Positions 10,667-20,869 of a stretch of 64,000 bases of DNA are shown piece by piece. The DNA is from Candidatus Bathyarchaeota archaeon (GTDB lineage Archaea; Thermoproteota; Bathyarchaeia; Bathyarchaeales; Bathycorpusculaceae). Location of the stretch: NCBI GenBank assembly GCA_963715865.1, contig OY970280.1, forward strand, positions 1,312,001-1,376,000, in the 5' to 3' direction. The notes under the pieces are model-generated. The model was not told where the DNA came from. It ran no database searches and worked only from the letters and a program-made list of their open reading frames with translations. The position numbers and the translations under genes were made by a program. The first letter of the stretch is position 1. Each line of letters begins with the position of its first letter.

Positions 10667-11722
10667 CTATATTTCAATGTAACCAATGACTCTTCGCCGC
10701 AAGATATCAGAAAGAACATAATCGACATGTCGAGATTTTTGATAGAAAGAAAAGTGCGGGTTCCAGAAAACTTTTCGCAGGAAAAACAGGGCTGAAACTC
10801 CGTATGGAATGTTAAATTTTCCAAGTGAATCAAAGGTTACGGTTTTAAGAGCCAACTGGGCTTGCTTAGAAATATCAGGTTTGTCTAATTCTGGAAAAGC
10901 TTTTCGTCCAAAGCAGCAGGCGCTCATGCGGTTGAGAAGTCGCAGGTTAAGGGCAAAAGCGTCGCTCCATCCTAGTTCTGCAGCTTCATTAAACATGTAA
11001 TCCCAGTCTGGCTCCCGCTCCCTTGAAAGCTCCCACAGCTTGAGCAGGTCGTAAACCTTGATTTCATGGTCTTCAAAAAAATAATGCGCTACGGTGATGA
11101 GTATTGAGTCTTCAATCGATGGAACTAAAGTTCCTGTTTCTTTGTTGATGAAGGGGCGGGCCCGTTTTCTGAGTTTTTTGGCATCTACAAATTCCGCCGC
11201 TTCCCATTCCACCCTTGTGTGTATGTGCAGCGGTAAATTTTTTGGTGTGGCTATTTTTCTGTACAGGAATTTGTGGGGTTCTCTGGTTATGGGAAGTTCT
11301 TGGTAGCCTTCATCTCTGAGTATTCTGTCGCATATAGCTAACTTGTCGGGTTCTATGAGACAATCAAAGTTACTGCTTTCGTGAGGAAACTCGCCGGCTG
11401 ATTTGATTAAAAGCAGATGCACTTCTTCTCTTGCTAGTAGCTTACTTATTTTTAGAAATTCGTTAAGTTCGCTTATTTGGCGGCTTTTTAGTTCTTCGTT
11501 TAGCTTCTTCAATTTTGGATACGCTGACAGGAATCTCTCTGCAAAGTTAGGTTGGGAATCAAGTTTCTTGCTGAATTTGCTGAATACTTTGCTTTTTTTT
11601 AGAATTTGGATAAGCTTTTGTTCATCTAACCCTGTGAACACTTCTTCCTTAGGTTCACTGAAGTGCAAGAAAGGGTTTAACGTTTGGAGAATAAATTTCA
11701 GTTCTCTGCTTTTTTTGTCCAA
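10667..11722 (-). CDS. Nucleotidyltransferase family protein (NTP_transf_5-like)
   Basis: LLLIKSAGEF..SSNFDCLI, LHIHTR, PSIEDSILITVAH and YDL motifs resemble the uncharacterised NTP_transf_5 family. Confidence 0.62.
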   Translation of the reverse strand: MDKKSRELKFILQTLNPFLHFSEPKEEVFTGLDEQKLIQILKKSKVFSKFSKKLDSQPNFAERFLSAYPKLKKLNEELKSRQISELNEFLKISKLLAREEVHLLLIKSAGEFPHESSNFDCLIEPDKLAICDRILRDEGYQELPITREPHKFLYRKIATPKNLPLHIHTRVEWEAAEFVDAKKLRKRARPFINKETGTLVPSIEDSILITVAHYFFEDHEIKVYDLLKLWELSREREPDWDYMFNEAAELGWSDAFALNLRLLNRMSACCFGRKAFPELDKPDISKQAQLALKTVTFDSLGKFNIPYGVSALFFLRKVFWNPHFSFYQKSRHVDYVLSDILRRRVIGYIEI

Positions 11723-11780
11723 AATTGTACCTCATTATTAAAAATGGCTGTTAAAGCAAGCGTTCGGCAGACATCAGGTT

Positions 11781-13022
11781 TTATTTTGCTTCTGAAACTG
11801 CTGTTGCGAGCACTTGCACAAACTGTTCAGCTACATCATCCCAATCAGGAAGTGAGTTCGCGAAGAGCTGGGCGTTCCTTCCAAAAACGGCGACCATCTT
11901 CGGGTTCCTTGCAAGAAACGAAATTGCTTCGGCTAACTTATCGACATTTCCAGGTTCAACCAGAATGCCTCGGTTTTTTCCAATGATCTCACGCAAACCG
12001 CCCAGATTAGTAGTTATGACGGTTTTGCCTAACCTCATAACCTCGAAAAGTGACAATGGCGGTTCACTTGAAACCAACCTGAAGGGAAGCACGACAGCAT
12101 CGGAAGCCTGCAAATATTGTTGCATTAAGGTTTTATCAAGGAAGCCGGGGATTATATCAAGGTGGTTATCTACTTTCAGTTTTTTAGCGAGTTTCTGGAG
12201 ATATTCTTCTTCCATTCTAAAATATTCTTGACCTCGAGAAGTGTCGCCTATGACGCGTCTGGAAAAAACCAGCAGTCTTACGTTTTTGTTTTCCTTGAGG
12301 ATTTTTCGCATGCTGATGATGGCAACGTCTGGTCCTCTGAGCAAGTGGGGCGCACCGAAATAGGTTATGATGAATTCGGTGGTTTTTAATCCCAGTTTTG
12401 CCCGGAGGTATTTCGGATTATTTGGATTGGTTTGAGCGATTTCCTTCGCTTCTATAGTTGAGGGAATTATCACTAATTTTTCCGCGATTACTCCTTTTTT
12501 GCATAATACGCTTTTGAGGTAGATGTTAGGCACAATGATTTTGCTGACAAATAATGAGTTAGCAACTGTTGCGATGATGAGTCGGCAATATGTGGCTGCA
12601 ATCAAGTAAGTGTAAAGCTGGTTGATTGGATTAAGAATTTCTTTTAGCGGAATTCGACTAAGAAATCTGAGATCGTACAAGTCAGTGTCGATGTCCCAGA
12701 TTAACGGTTTACCAAGCAACTTAAATCGTGTCAAGTAAATTGCGCTAAAAGGGGAGCCATACCAGACAACGACATCAGGGTTGGTTTTCAGTATGACTGA
12801 TATGAGATTTTTTACGTTTAGAAACGGTGCGAGCATTAGTTTGCTTATTCGGACTATTCTTATGTTTTCAATGTATTCTTGTTTTTCTGAATATCCATCT
12901 GTTATGATTGTAACGGAATTGTCTTTGGACAACATTCTTTTTGAAAGTTCGTAAAGTCGCCGCCAAGGCTGAAGACGAATGGATGAACTGTCAAATCCGT
13001 CACAGATTATTGTTGCATTCAA
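11781..13022 (-). CDS. Glycosyltransferase family 4
   Basis: ASDAVVLPF, PPLSLFEVMRLGKTVITTNLGGLREI and GILVEPGNV motifs. Confidence 0.88.
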   Translation of the reverse strand: MNATIICDGFDSSSIRLQPWRRLYELSKRMLSKDNSVTIITDGYSEKQEYIENIRIVRISKLMLAPFLNVKNLISVILKTNPDVVVWYGSPFSAIYLTRFKLLGKPLIWDIDTDLYDLRFLSRIPLKEILNPINQLYTYLIAATYCRLIIATVANSLFVSKIIVPNIYLKSVLCKKGVIAEKLVIIPSTIEAKEIAQTNPNNPKYLRAKLGLKTTEFIITYFGAPHLLRGPDVAIISMRKILKENKNVRLLVFSRRVIGDTSRGQEYFRMEEEYLQKLAKKLKVDNHLDIIPGFLDKTLMQQYLQASDAVVLPFRLVSSEPPLSLFEVMRLGKTVITTNLGGLREIIGKNRGILVEPGNVDKLAEAISFLARNPKMVAVFGRNAQLFANSLPDWDDVAEQFVQVLATAVSEAK

Positions 13023-13065
13023 TTGAACTCAATTCCAGTGATTTCTGGTTTATAGCTAAAGCTTT

Positions 13066-14262
13066 TCATGCATGTAAGCTGGAAAACTCCCTTGCATCCT
13101 CATACATTTTAAGATACTGATCAATTAGTGTGTCCCAATTGTGCTTTCTCTTCACAGACGCATAGCCATTTTCAGCTATCTGAGCGGACAATTTTTCGTC
13201 GGAGAAGAGCAGACGAATTTTCTCAGCTAGATCCTTTACGTTTTTCTTTTCTGCGAGCAATCCATTGTGCATGTGACGGATGACTTCTTGCGAAAATGGG
13301 TAGTCGAAAGCTACCACAGGTTTCCGCAGCGCCATGCCTTCGAGCACAGCGACGGATTGAGCTTCAGCCATGCTTGGTGCGACAACAACCTCAGTTTCTT
13401 TAATTCTTTTCCAAAGTTCCTTGCGAGGGGCAAACCTTCTAATTTCCACATTCTCCGTTAGTCCAAAGTTGGATACAAGCTGGTCTATTTTGCTCCTGTA
13501 GGGTCCGTCTCCAAAAATTCTCAGCTGTATGTCTGGAAAATCTTCTTTCAGATTTGCCACGGCTTCAATAAGCAAGCCAACGCCTTTAATCCAAAAAAGA
13601 CGACCATAGAAAATAATCGAATGCCGCCTCACAGGTTCAGTTGGTGTAATTGAATCCATCCCTTCAAAATCGATTGCGTTCGGAATAACGGTAACTTTCG
13701 CTAAATCCAAATAGGGAAAAAGTCGCTCCAACTCAGCCACGGTGCCGAAGTTGCAGACAGCGATTCTGCTGGATGCACGCAGGCAACTATTAAACAGCGA
13801 CGTATGCAATGGATATCCCAAGAATCTGAAGCCTATGTCACCAAAATTCCAAGCTGAAAAAGGTGAACTTATTATTTTTTTCAGAGGATACAAATAAGTA
13901 CCGTGAATAGACATAACAACAGGTATACCGAATTTTTTCCCAAGATAAGCCGTTGATGCTCCAGCTTCAGGATTGACAATATGTAAGACAGAAAAATTTC
14001 TGAATATTCTTTGGAAGAGCTTCAGGTTTTGAAGCTGAAACCATAAGAAACGAGGCGGGTAATCAAAACATGGCAATCGTATAACTTTCAAGTAGTTATT
14101 GACTCTCTCCACTTCCAAACGTTTTGCCCTTCCGCAAAGAACCGTGGTAGAAATTCCCCTTTTAGAAAGGGCACAGGCTAGGTCATGGCAGACTGAAGCG
14201 ACACCTCCAAATGCAAAAGGCGGAAACTCTTCTGAAATTAAAGCAACTTCAAACGACGGCAA
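13066..14262 (-). CDS. Glycosyltransferase family 4
   Basis: EEFPP..GG, FYGRLFWIKG, PSMAEAQSVAVLEGMALRKPVV and NGLL motifs. Confidence 0.9.
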   Translation of the reverse strand: MPSFEVALISEEFPPFAFGGVASVCHDLACALSKRGISTTVLCGRAKRLEVERVNNYLKVIRLPCFDYPPRFLWFQLQNLKLFQRIFRNFSVLHIVNPEAGASTAYLGKKFGIPVVMSIHGTYLYPLKKIISSPFSAWNFGDIGFRFLGYPLHTSLFNSCLRASSRIAVCNFGTVAELERLFPYLDLAKVTVIPNAIDFEGMDSITPTEPVRRHSIIFYGRLFWIKGVGLLIEAVANLKEDFPDIQLRIFGDGPYRSKIDQLVSNFGLTENVEIRRFAPRKELWKRIKETEVVVAPSMAEAQSVAVLEGMALRKPVVAFDYPFSQEVIRHMHNGLLAEKKNVKDLAEKIRLLFSDEKLSAQIAENGYASVKRKHNWDTLIDQYLKMYEDAREFSSLHA

Positions 14263-14279
14263 AATAAATCACAACTCAA

Positions 14280-15470
14280 CTATTTTTTTAGATTCGCAAG
14301 CAGAATTTTTTCCAGTTTTTCTGCAAGTATATTCACATCATGGTTCTGTGCAAACTGTTTAGCTTTGTGAGATAGTCTTAGCCACTTATCATAATCGGTA
14401 AGTAAAATAGAAGTAGTTTTTGCAAGTCCTTCGGCGTCGTGGAAAAAGAGTACATGCTCGTTGTGAAGAGACATGACTTCTGGAAGAGGCGTTGACAGAA
14501 TTGGCTTTCCGTGGGCTGAGTACACGAACAGTTTCTCAGGCAAACGGATTACTGCACTGTAAAAATCAGTCCGGTATGGCATGATGCAGCAGCTTGCCTT
14601 ATCCAGATATCGAACGAGCTCATCATCTGAAACATAGCCTGTAATCTTAACATTGTCCTCTAATTCTTCTTTTTCAATGAAGCTTTCGATTGATTTTTTG
14701 AACTCCTGATTTCTCCACGAACCTATTATCACAAATTTTATTCCTGGGAACTTCACGGACAAAATTTTAACTGCCTTAAGCGGGGTAATAAGATCAAGCC
14801 AATCATCGATGACACCCATCACAATTAATGTTGGCGACAAGTTGCCGTCAGTTTGCTCTAAATTTAATTGATTCGATAGGCTCCTGTGCCTGGTGTGTTT
14901 AACAACATCCACGGAGTTGCTTAAAAAAAAGCACGGTTTTTGGCTATCAATCAAGTGAACGTTGTTGATAAACGATTGGCAGACTGATAGACAAATGTGG
15001 GCCGCTTTGATGTTCAGGTTGTTTATGGCGAGGGTAACCGCCTCAACGACTTTTCTCACTATGGGAGAGGATTTTTCATAGTAAATTGAAGCGGATTCTG
15101 GAAAATAGTCCGAATAATCAAAAACTTTCAAAACCGAGTTTCCTGAAACTAAGAAACTGATTAATCCGCTGAAAATGTTCTCATTTATGACAACATTAAT
15201 TTTGAATTTTCTAATGGCTTTAAACATTGAAGGGGCTTGAAATAGCGCGTTGAAGGTGAAGAATAAGGCTGCATCACGAAACGGGAGCGTCTTGGATTTA
15301 ACCAAAACAACCTTCTTTGGCACTCTTCGAACAGGCTCGTTTTTGTACAGATCAAAATTCCAAGCATAGATTTTATGACCTTTTTCTGCAAGACTTTCAG
15401 CAATATAATTGATATGACCGTGGCCGGGCGCTCTCACCCAGTCGTTTGTAGGAATGATAAGAATATTCAA
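14280..15470 (-). CDS. Glycosyltransferase family 4
   Basis: MNILII start, LPEKLFVYSAHGKPILSTPLPE motif. Confidence 0.82.
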   Translation of the reverse strand: MNILIIPTNDWVRAPGHGHINYIAESLAEKGHKIYAWNFDLYKNEPVRRVPKKVVLVKSKTLPFRDAALFFTFNALFQAPSMFKAIRKFKINVVINENIFSGLISFLVSGNSVLKVFDYSDYFPESASIYYEKSSPIVRKVVEAVTLAINNLNIKAAHICLSVCQSFINNVHLIDSQKPCFFLSNSVDVVKHTRHRSLSNQLNLEQTDGNLSPTLIVMGVIDDWLDLITPLKAVKILSVKFPGIKFVIIGSWRNQEFKKSIESFIEKEELEDNVKITGYVSDDELVRYLDKASCCIMPYRTDFYSAVIRLPEKLFVYSAHGKPILSTPLPEVMSLHNEHVLFFHDAEGLAKTTSILLTDYDKWLRLSHKAKQFAQNHDVNILAEKLEKILLANLKK

Positions 15471-15476
15471 GCAACT

Positions 15477-16853
15477 TCATGTTCCTATTGTTCTTTTTTC
15501 AATGAGGCTTGATGGTAAATCTGCTTCAATTTCATTATCAGACGAAAATTTGCTCAAAATTTCTTCGTAAGAGCCATTTTCCAAGTGCGCAAATTGGTAA
15601 TCAGGATGAACAAGCAGCACACAAAGCCCACCTATATCTTTTATTAAATCCACCAGTCTGAACCAAGACTCTACAGTTTGGCTAAGGGTCAGATTCAAGA
15701 CTGTGAGCATCTGATGATCCTGTGGTAAAGTGATTGGCAATTCGACCAAGCCCTCGGCTTGGAACATAAATGTGGTGCCAATTCCGTGGGGTTTCATGGT
15801 GCACGGGTGCTTCGGTTCCCAAGCAGGAACAGACGAATCGTAAATGTAGCCTGCAGCTTTGATAGCTTGAAGTATCGTGGGATTGTGTTGAAGCAAAGGC
15901 GCCCTAAAACCACTGATCTGCCGACCCGTTGTATTTTCAAGCCTTTCCTTTGCCTCAAGCACCCGTTGTGTTGCTTCAGCTTTAGAGGCAAAAATGAGTT
16001 TTCCGTCGTGCTTTGTGTCGTGAGCGCCGATTTCGCCAAAGTTTGCAAGCTCTTTGATGATTTCCAGATCAAGTGGATAATGATTAGACGGCAGATACCA
16101 AACGGATGGGAGATTGTATTTTTCTTCGATTTTTTTTAGGGCTATAGCTTTTTTTAGGCCTTCGCTGCCGTCAATATCATGAGTTATAATGAGCGTTGTT
16201 TTTTTCTTGTTTGAGGCTTTGAGTTCAGGTTTCTTTTTCGTCAACTCTTCAATCGCTCTAACAATAAGCAGCCTCAAAGCGTCTATGGAAAAAAATGCGC
16301 AAGATGATTGGTCGATTAGACGCCCAGTTTTTTGTCTCATCACAATGTTCTTAAGCGCTTTTGGCGCTATTGAGTAATGTAAAGGCGAACGGGTTAAGAG
16401 ACTATATGCCTTTGATGGTTTGGCATTGATACAGTCGTTGAATATGTTATTGAACTCTTGAATGACATCTGTCGCCAAAAGTAAATTGTCTGATCCTGAA
16501 GTGATCCATCCGTCTGAATTTACACGATTATTTGCTGACAATGCTTGACTGATGACGAATTGAGGGATGACCGTTAGTGAAGTTTGTTCGCCTAGCGGAA
16601 CTTGAATAGCTGTGTGTGAATCCGTTGTAATTTTCAATTTGTTATTGTATGTGTAAATCTTAAGGTCGTCGGATGAAGGAATAATTATTGATTTTTTGTT
16701 TTCAACAGGCCTTTTCTTGTAAACGAATGCAATGTCCGCTTCATCTAAACCACAGAAAGAAACGTCCCACGGTGAAAGAAGCTCCCCTAAAATTTCTTTA
16801 CTTTTGTCTGATCCCTCAAACGCTATTTTCAAAACACTTGCACCAAAACCCAA
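15477..16853 (-). CDS. Polysaccharide deacetylase (NodB/CE4 domain in the C-terminal half)
   Basis: ITHDID, EIGAHDTKH, GFRAP, YDSS, ELPITL and LLVHPDY motifs. Confidence 0.8.
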   Translation of the reverse strand: MGFGASVLKIAFEGSDKSKEILGELLSPWDVSFCGLDEADIAFVYKKRPVENKKSIIIPSSDDLKIYTYNNKLKITTDSHTAIQVPLGEQTSLTVIPQFVISQALSANNRVNSDGWITSGSDNLLLATDVIQEFNNIFNDCINAKPSKAYSLLTRSPLHYSIAPKALKNIVMRQKTGRLIDQSSCAFFSIDALRLLIVRAIEELTKKKPELKASNKKKTTLIITHDIDGSEGLKKAIALKKIEEKYNLPSVWYLPSNHYPLDLEIIKELANFGEIGAHDTKHDGKLIFASKAEATQRVLEAKERLENTTGRQISGFRAPLLQHNPTILQAIKAAGYIYDSSVPAWEPKHPCTMKPHGIGTTFMFQAEGLVELPITLPQDHQMLTVLNLTLSQTVESWFRLVDLIKDIGGLCVLLVHPDYQFAHLENGSYEEILSKFSSDNEIEADLPSSLIEKRTIGT

Positions 16854-16939
16854 CTAGAAACTGACAAAAAAAGAAAAATCAACTGTCTTAACGCTAAATT
16901 CTCACAAGCTTACTAAACAAAAAGCAGAAAGCGAATTTT

Positions 16940-17908
16940 TCAATTAAGCTGAGAATGGTTTGCGCTATACCATTGGACGAGACTCGCGATTCCTTTTTCG
17001 AAAGAATACCTAGGCACAAACCCAAGAATGCTCTTTGACTTGCTAATGTCCGCATACCCGTGCTTGACATCTCCAACGCGGGCTGGCTCGTAGATGTTTA
17101 CCAACTGTGGTTTGCCTAGGCTCTTCTTAAGCACTTCAGCGACCTGGTTGATGCTTACTCTGCTACCACTACCTATGTTAAACGCTTTACCAACAGCGTT
17201 TTTGCACGTTAGCGCCAGCATATTCGCTTCAACAACATCATGGACCGAAACGAAGTCTCGCGTTTGTTCACCGTCGCCATAGATTACGGGAGGCAGGTTT
17301 CGAAGAATCCTGTTTAGGAAAATTGTTATGGCACCGCCGTACGCACAGTTTATGTCGAATCTTTGTTTGGGGCCGTAAACGTTAAAGTATCTTAAGGCAA
17401 CGGTTTCTAAACCGTAAAGTTTCCAGAATGCTTTAACGTAGCTTTCGCCTGCAAGTTTCGTGATACCATACGGGTTGGATGGCTCCAAAATCATGTCTTC
17501 ATTTTTTTCTGGCGGGAGGTCTTCTCCATAAACCGCTGCGGAAGAAGCAAACACAAATCGCTTAACGCCTACGTCACAGGCGGCCTTAATCAGGTTGAGG
17601 GTTCCATTTACGTTGATTTCGTTTGCAAGAATTGGGTCCTTCACGGAACCGGTTATGCTTACGTAAGCAGCTTCGTGAAAAACTGCTTCCATACCCTTGA
17701 GAGCTACCCTAGCCGCTTCTGTGTCGCAAATGTCTCCTTTTATGATGCGCAGACGCTCTTTGTTTGTAACGTCTTCGAGGTTCTGCATTTTTCCAGATGA
17801 GAAGTTATCGAAAACTGTAACTTCGGAGCCGTCGGCGATAAGTCTGTTCACTATGTGGCTGCCGATGAAGCCTCCTCCACCCGTCACCAAGATTCTTGAA
17901 AACTTCAT
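16940..17908 (-). CDS. NAD-dependent epimerase/dehydratase (extended SDR, GalE/WbpP-like)
   Basis: GGGGFIG Rossmann motif, YGITK (YxxxK), LRYFNVYGP, GDGEQTRDF. Confidence 0.92.
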   Translation of the reverse strand: MKFSRILVTGGGGFIGSHIVNRLIADGSEVTVFDNFSSGKMQNLEDVTNKERLRIIKGDICDTEAARVALKGMEAVFHEAAYVSITGSVKDPILANEINVNGTLNLIKAACDVGVKRFVFASSAAVYGEDLPPEKNEDMILEPSNPYGITKLAGESYVKAFWKLYGLETVALRYFNVYGPKQRFDINCAYGGAITIFLNRILRNLPPVIYGDGEQTRDFVSVHDVVEANMLALTCKNAVGKAFNIGSGSRVSINQVAEVLKKSLGKPQLVNIYEPARVGDVKHGYADISKSKSILGFVPRYSFEKGIASLVQWYSANHSQLN

Positions 17909-17929
17909 AATCTCTGCCTTTTTAGTTTC

Positions 17930-19069
17930 TCACTTGGATAGCTGCTCTAATGTGTAAAGGCAGCTGTTCATGACATATTTTGCTTCATCTTTTGATAAAG
18001 CTGCATGCACTGGCAAAGTTATGGTTTGCGATAGAACTTTTTCAGCCACAGGGAGTGTATCCATGCGATTTTGAGCGCTGAGTTTCTTATAAACAGTCTG
18101 CAGATGGCAAGGTGGATAGAACACGTTGCCTGTTTCGACGCCAAATCGATCCATTAAAATTTGCGTAAACTGCTTCGTATCGACGCTTTCATCAAGGATC
18201 AATGGATATTTGTAGTAGCTACACCTGCAACCCTCGGTACACCTCACTCTGTGCATCTTTATGGATTTGTCGATTACTTTGTTGTAGATTGCTGCAATTT
18301 CGTTTCTCCACGTGATGAATTCTTCTACACGTTTAAGCTGGTAGAGGCCCATGATAGCTGAAATCTCAGACAACATCATATGGCGTCCCAGGTTGACAAA
18401 GTTTGTTTTTCCGGTACCTGAACCATAGTAGCTGAATCTTTTTGCTTCCTCAGCCAACTTGTTATCATTGCTGACCAGCATAGCTCCTTCGCCAGTAGTT
18501 AGAATTTTTGTGGGTGTGAAAGCGAAAACTGCTGCATCGCCGAACGTCCCTGCTTTTTGGCCTTCAACCGTGGCACCCACTGCATGTGTGGCATCTTCGA
18601 TGAGGAAGAGGTCATTGTCTTTGCAGAGTCGGATTATTTCCTTCAAGTCGGGGTTGGGGAAGCCCGCGATGTGGGTAACGATTACCCCGCATGTTTTATC
18701 TGAAATTTTGTTTTTGACGCTTTGGACATCGATGGAAAGAGTGTCTCCTCGTATATCAGCGAAAACCACCTTGGCTCCAGAATAAAGCACGCTGTTTGGC
18801 ACAGAAATGAAGCTATTGGTGCAAACTATGACTTCGCGGTCCTTTACGCCGAAATAATGCAGTATTGTTTCGAAAGCGCTTGAGTCAGAGTCAAACGCAA
18901 CGGCGTTTTCAATTTTTAGGTAATCTGCGAATAATTTTTCGAATGCACTTAGGTTTTTGCCGTCTCTCAGCCTTCCTTCTTCCAAAGCTAAGCGGATATC
19001 CTGCAAAATCAAGCTGATGTCTTCGGGAGGAAAAAAAGGTCTAGAAGAACGGATAAGTTTGGTGCTCAT
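17930..19069 (-). CDS. DegT/DnrJ/EryC1/StrS PLP-dependent sugar aminotransferase
   Basis: LIEDATHAVG, AFTPTKILTTGEG (PLP lysine), ITLP. Confidence 0.9.
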   Translation of the reverse strand: MSTKLIRSSRPFFPPEDISLILQDIRLALEEGRLRDGKNLSAFEKLFADYLKIENAVAFDSDSSAFETILHYFGVKDREVIVCTNSFISVPNSVLYSGAKVVFADIRGDTLSIDVQSVKNKISDKTCGVIVTHIAGFPNPDLKEIIRLCKDNDLFLIEDATHAVGATVEGQKAGTFGDAAVFAFTPTKILTTGEGAMLVSNDNKLAEEAKRFSYYGSGTGKTNFVNLGRHMMLSEISAIMGLYQLKRVEEFITWRNEIAAIYNKVIDKSIKMHRVRCTEGCRCSYYKYPLILDESVDTKQFTQILMDRFGVETGNVFYPPCHLQTVYKKLSAQNRMDTLPVAEKVLSQTITLPVHAALSKDEAKYVMNSCLYTLEQLSK

Positions 19070-19082
19070 TCTTTCTCCTCTT

Positions 19083-19718
19083 TTAAAAACTGTAGCTTAC
19101 TGTGAAGAGATGCAAGGTCTCATCAAGGATGGCGTGAAATACTTGCCAGCTTGAAGAGAGGTAAAGCTTCTGAAAAATAAAACCGAAACGGAGCTGACGC
19201 CTTTCTCCGTTTCCAATAGGCTTCACGTATAGCTTGCTGCCCCGTTTAGAAACAATCCACTTGTGAACGTCTTCGCCGTAAAGAATTTCATTTAACCAGG
19301 AGGGCGCTTGAATGTACCCATGCCTGGAAACCCGCTTCAACTCCTTAAACAAAACACCTGGGTTGTCGATGTGTTCAATCAAGTAGTAGCTGGTAACGAA
19401 TCGGAACGCTTTGTCTCTAAACGGAAGGTTGTAACAAGAGCACAGAACAAACGGTTTTCCATTAGTCACCAAATTTTTCATGCTTCGGTCTGGAACAGGT
19501 TTCGCATTAAGGTCGCAGAGGACATCGGCTTTTGGGAAAGGCTTGGCTCCGCATGCGATGTCAAGGCAGAGATGTGAATTGCCCTTTTCGGTCGGGACTG
19601 CTTTGTAATACATTTTTTTCCCAAGGCGAAAACGGTCAAGGTCTGCTTTATGCAAGGGAACCTTATTTAGCATCAACGAAGAGTTAGCGTAAGTACTTTC
19701 TTCTTTTGGAGTGCTCAA
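19083..19718 (-). CDS. Class I SAM-dependent methyltransferase-like protein (Methyltransf_11 type)
   Basis: LDIACG, LPFRDKAF, IEHIDNP..LFKELKRV motifs. Confidence 0.7.
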   Translation of the reverse strand: MSTPKEESTYANSSLMLNKVPLHKADLDRFRLGKKMYYKAVPTEKGNSHLCLDIACGAKPFPKADVLCDLNAKPVPDRSMKNLVTNGKPFVLCSCYNLPFRDKAFRFVTSYYLIEHIDNPGVLFKELKRVSRHGYIQAPSWLNEILYGEDVHKWIVSKRGSKLYVKPIGNGERRQLRFGFIFQKLYLSSSWQVFHAILDETLHLFTVSYSF

Positions 19719-20869
19719 TTCGGGTACTTTCCTGTAAAACGGATTTCATTTTGAAGACAGCCCGCCAGAGCCTGCGAAATGTATGTCGTATTTTCTTCGG
19801 TTAAGCCAGGATGCATGGGTAAGCAAAGAGTTGATTTAAGCACCGATTCAGAGACGGGTAAGTCTCCCGCTTTCGTGCCAAAATTATTCATGTAGAATGG
19901 ATGAAGGTGACATGGAGGATAGTATATACTTCCTGTTTCGATGCCATATTTTTCTTTGAGAGCAACTGCCACTTTAGCCAGATCAATTTCTTCATTAAGT
20001 CTAACTGGATACTTGTAATAGCTGTGCCTGATATTGGGAGTTTTCGGAAACAGAGAAATGCCATTGACATTTTTCAATTGTTGTTCGTACGATTTTGCAA
20101 CCACGTTTCTTTTTGATATGAATTCTTCTAATCGTTCTAGCTGGTGTTTGCCGATTATGGCTGCGACTTCGTTTAGGCGCCAATTATGCCCTAATATTAT
20201 CATCTGCCTGCTTGCGTTTTGCCCGTGCGTACGCATGCACCGCGCTTCGTCAGCCAAACTGTCGTTATCTGTTATTATCATTCCGCCTTCGCCGGAAGTC
20301 ATGACCTTTGTTGGATAGAACGAAAAACAGCCTGCATCACCCAGTGTACCTGCCATTTTACCGTCTAACATGGCGCCATGGGCATGTGCCGCGTCCTCCA
20401 GCAGGAAAAGGTCGTTATCCTCACATAATTCGGATAGTTCATCCATTTGTGGGCATGGGAGACCAGCGATGTGAACCACAATGATTCCCGCTGTTTTAGG
20501 TGACAGCTTGTTTTTTACGTCTTCAACATCTATGCAGAGTGTGTCCTCTTTGATATCTGCAAAGACAGGTGTACCGCCTGCAAAAATAACCGAGTTAGGC
20601 GTCGCCACAAAAGTGTTTGTTGGAACGATGACCTCTTTGCCCTTAAGTCTTAAATAACGCTGCGAAATTTCCAGCGCAGCAGTTCCCGAATTTACCGAAA
20701 CTGCATGTTTAACTCCACAGTACTGGGCAAATTTCTTCTCAAAATCAGCAGCGTTGGGTCCATCAGTCATAACTCCGCTTCTTAACGTTTGCTCTATGTC
20801 TTTCAAGATGGCTTGAATGCTTAAATCGTCAAAAAAAGGAAAAGCTGATCTGATGAGTCTTTTTTCCAA
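19715..20869 (-). CDS. DegT/DnrJ/EryC1/StrS aminotransferase (paralogue of 17930..19069)
   Basis: VNSGTAAL, LLEDAAHAHG, SFYPTKVMTSGEGGM, LCLPMHP. Confidence 0.92.
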   Translation of the reverse strand: MEKRLIRSAFPFFDDLSIQAILKDIEQTLRSGVMTDGPNAADFEKKFAQYCGVKHAVSVNSGTAALEISQRYLRLKGKEVIVPTNTFVATPNSVIFAGGTPVFADIKEDTLCIDVEDVKNKLSPKTAGIIVVHIAGLPCPQMDELSELCEDNDLFLLEDAAHAHGAMLDGKMAGTLGDAGCFSFYPTKVMTSGEGGMIITDNDSLADEARCMRTHGQNASRQMIILGHNWRLNEVAAIIGKHQLERLEEFISKRNVVAKSYEQQLKNVNGISLFPKTPNIRHSYYKYPVRLNEEIDLAKVAVALKEKYGIETGSIYYPPCHLHPFYMNNFGTKAGDLPVSESVLKSTLCLPMHPGLTEENTTYISQALAGCLQNEIRFTGKYPN

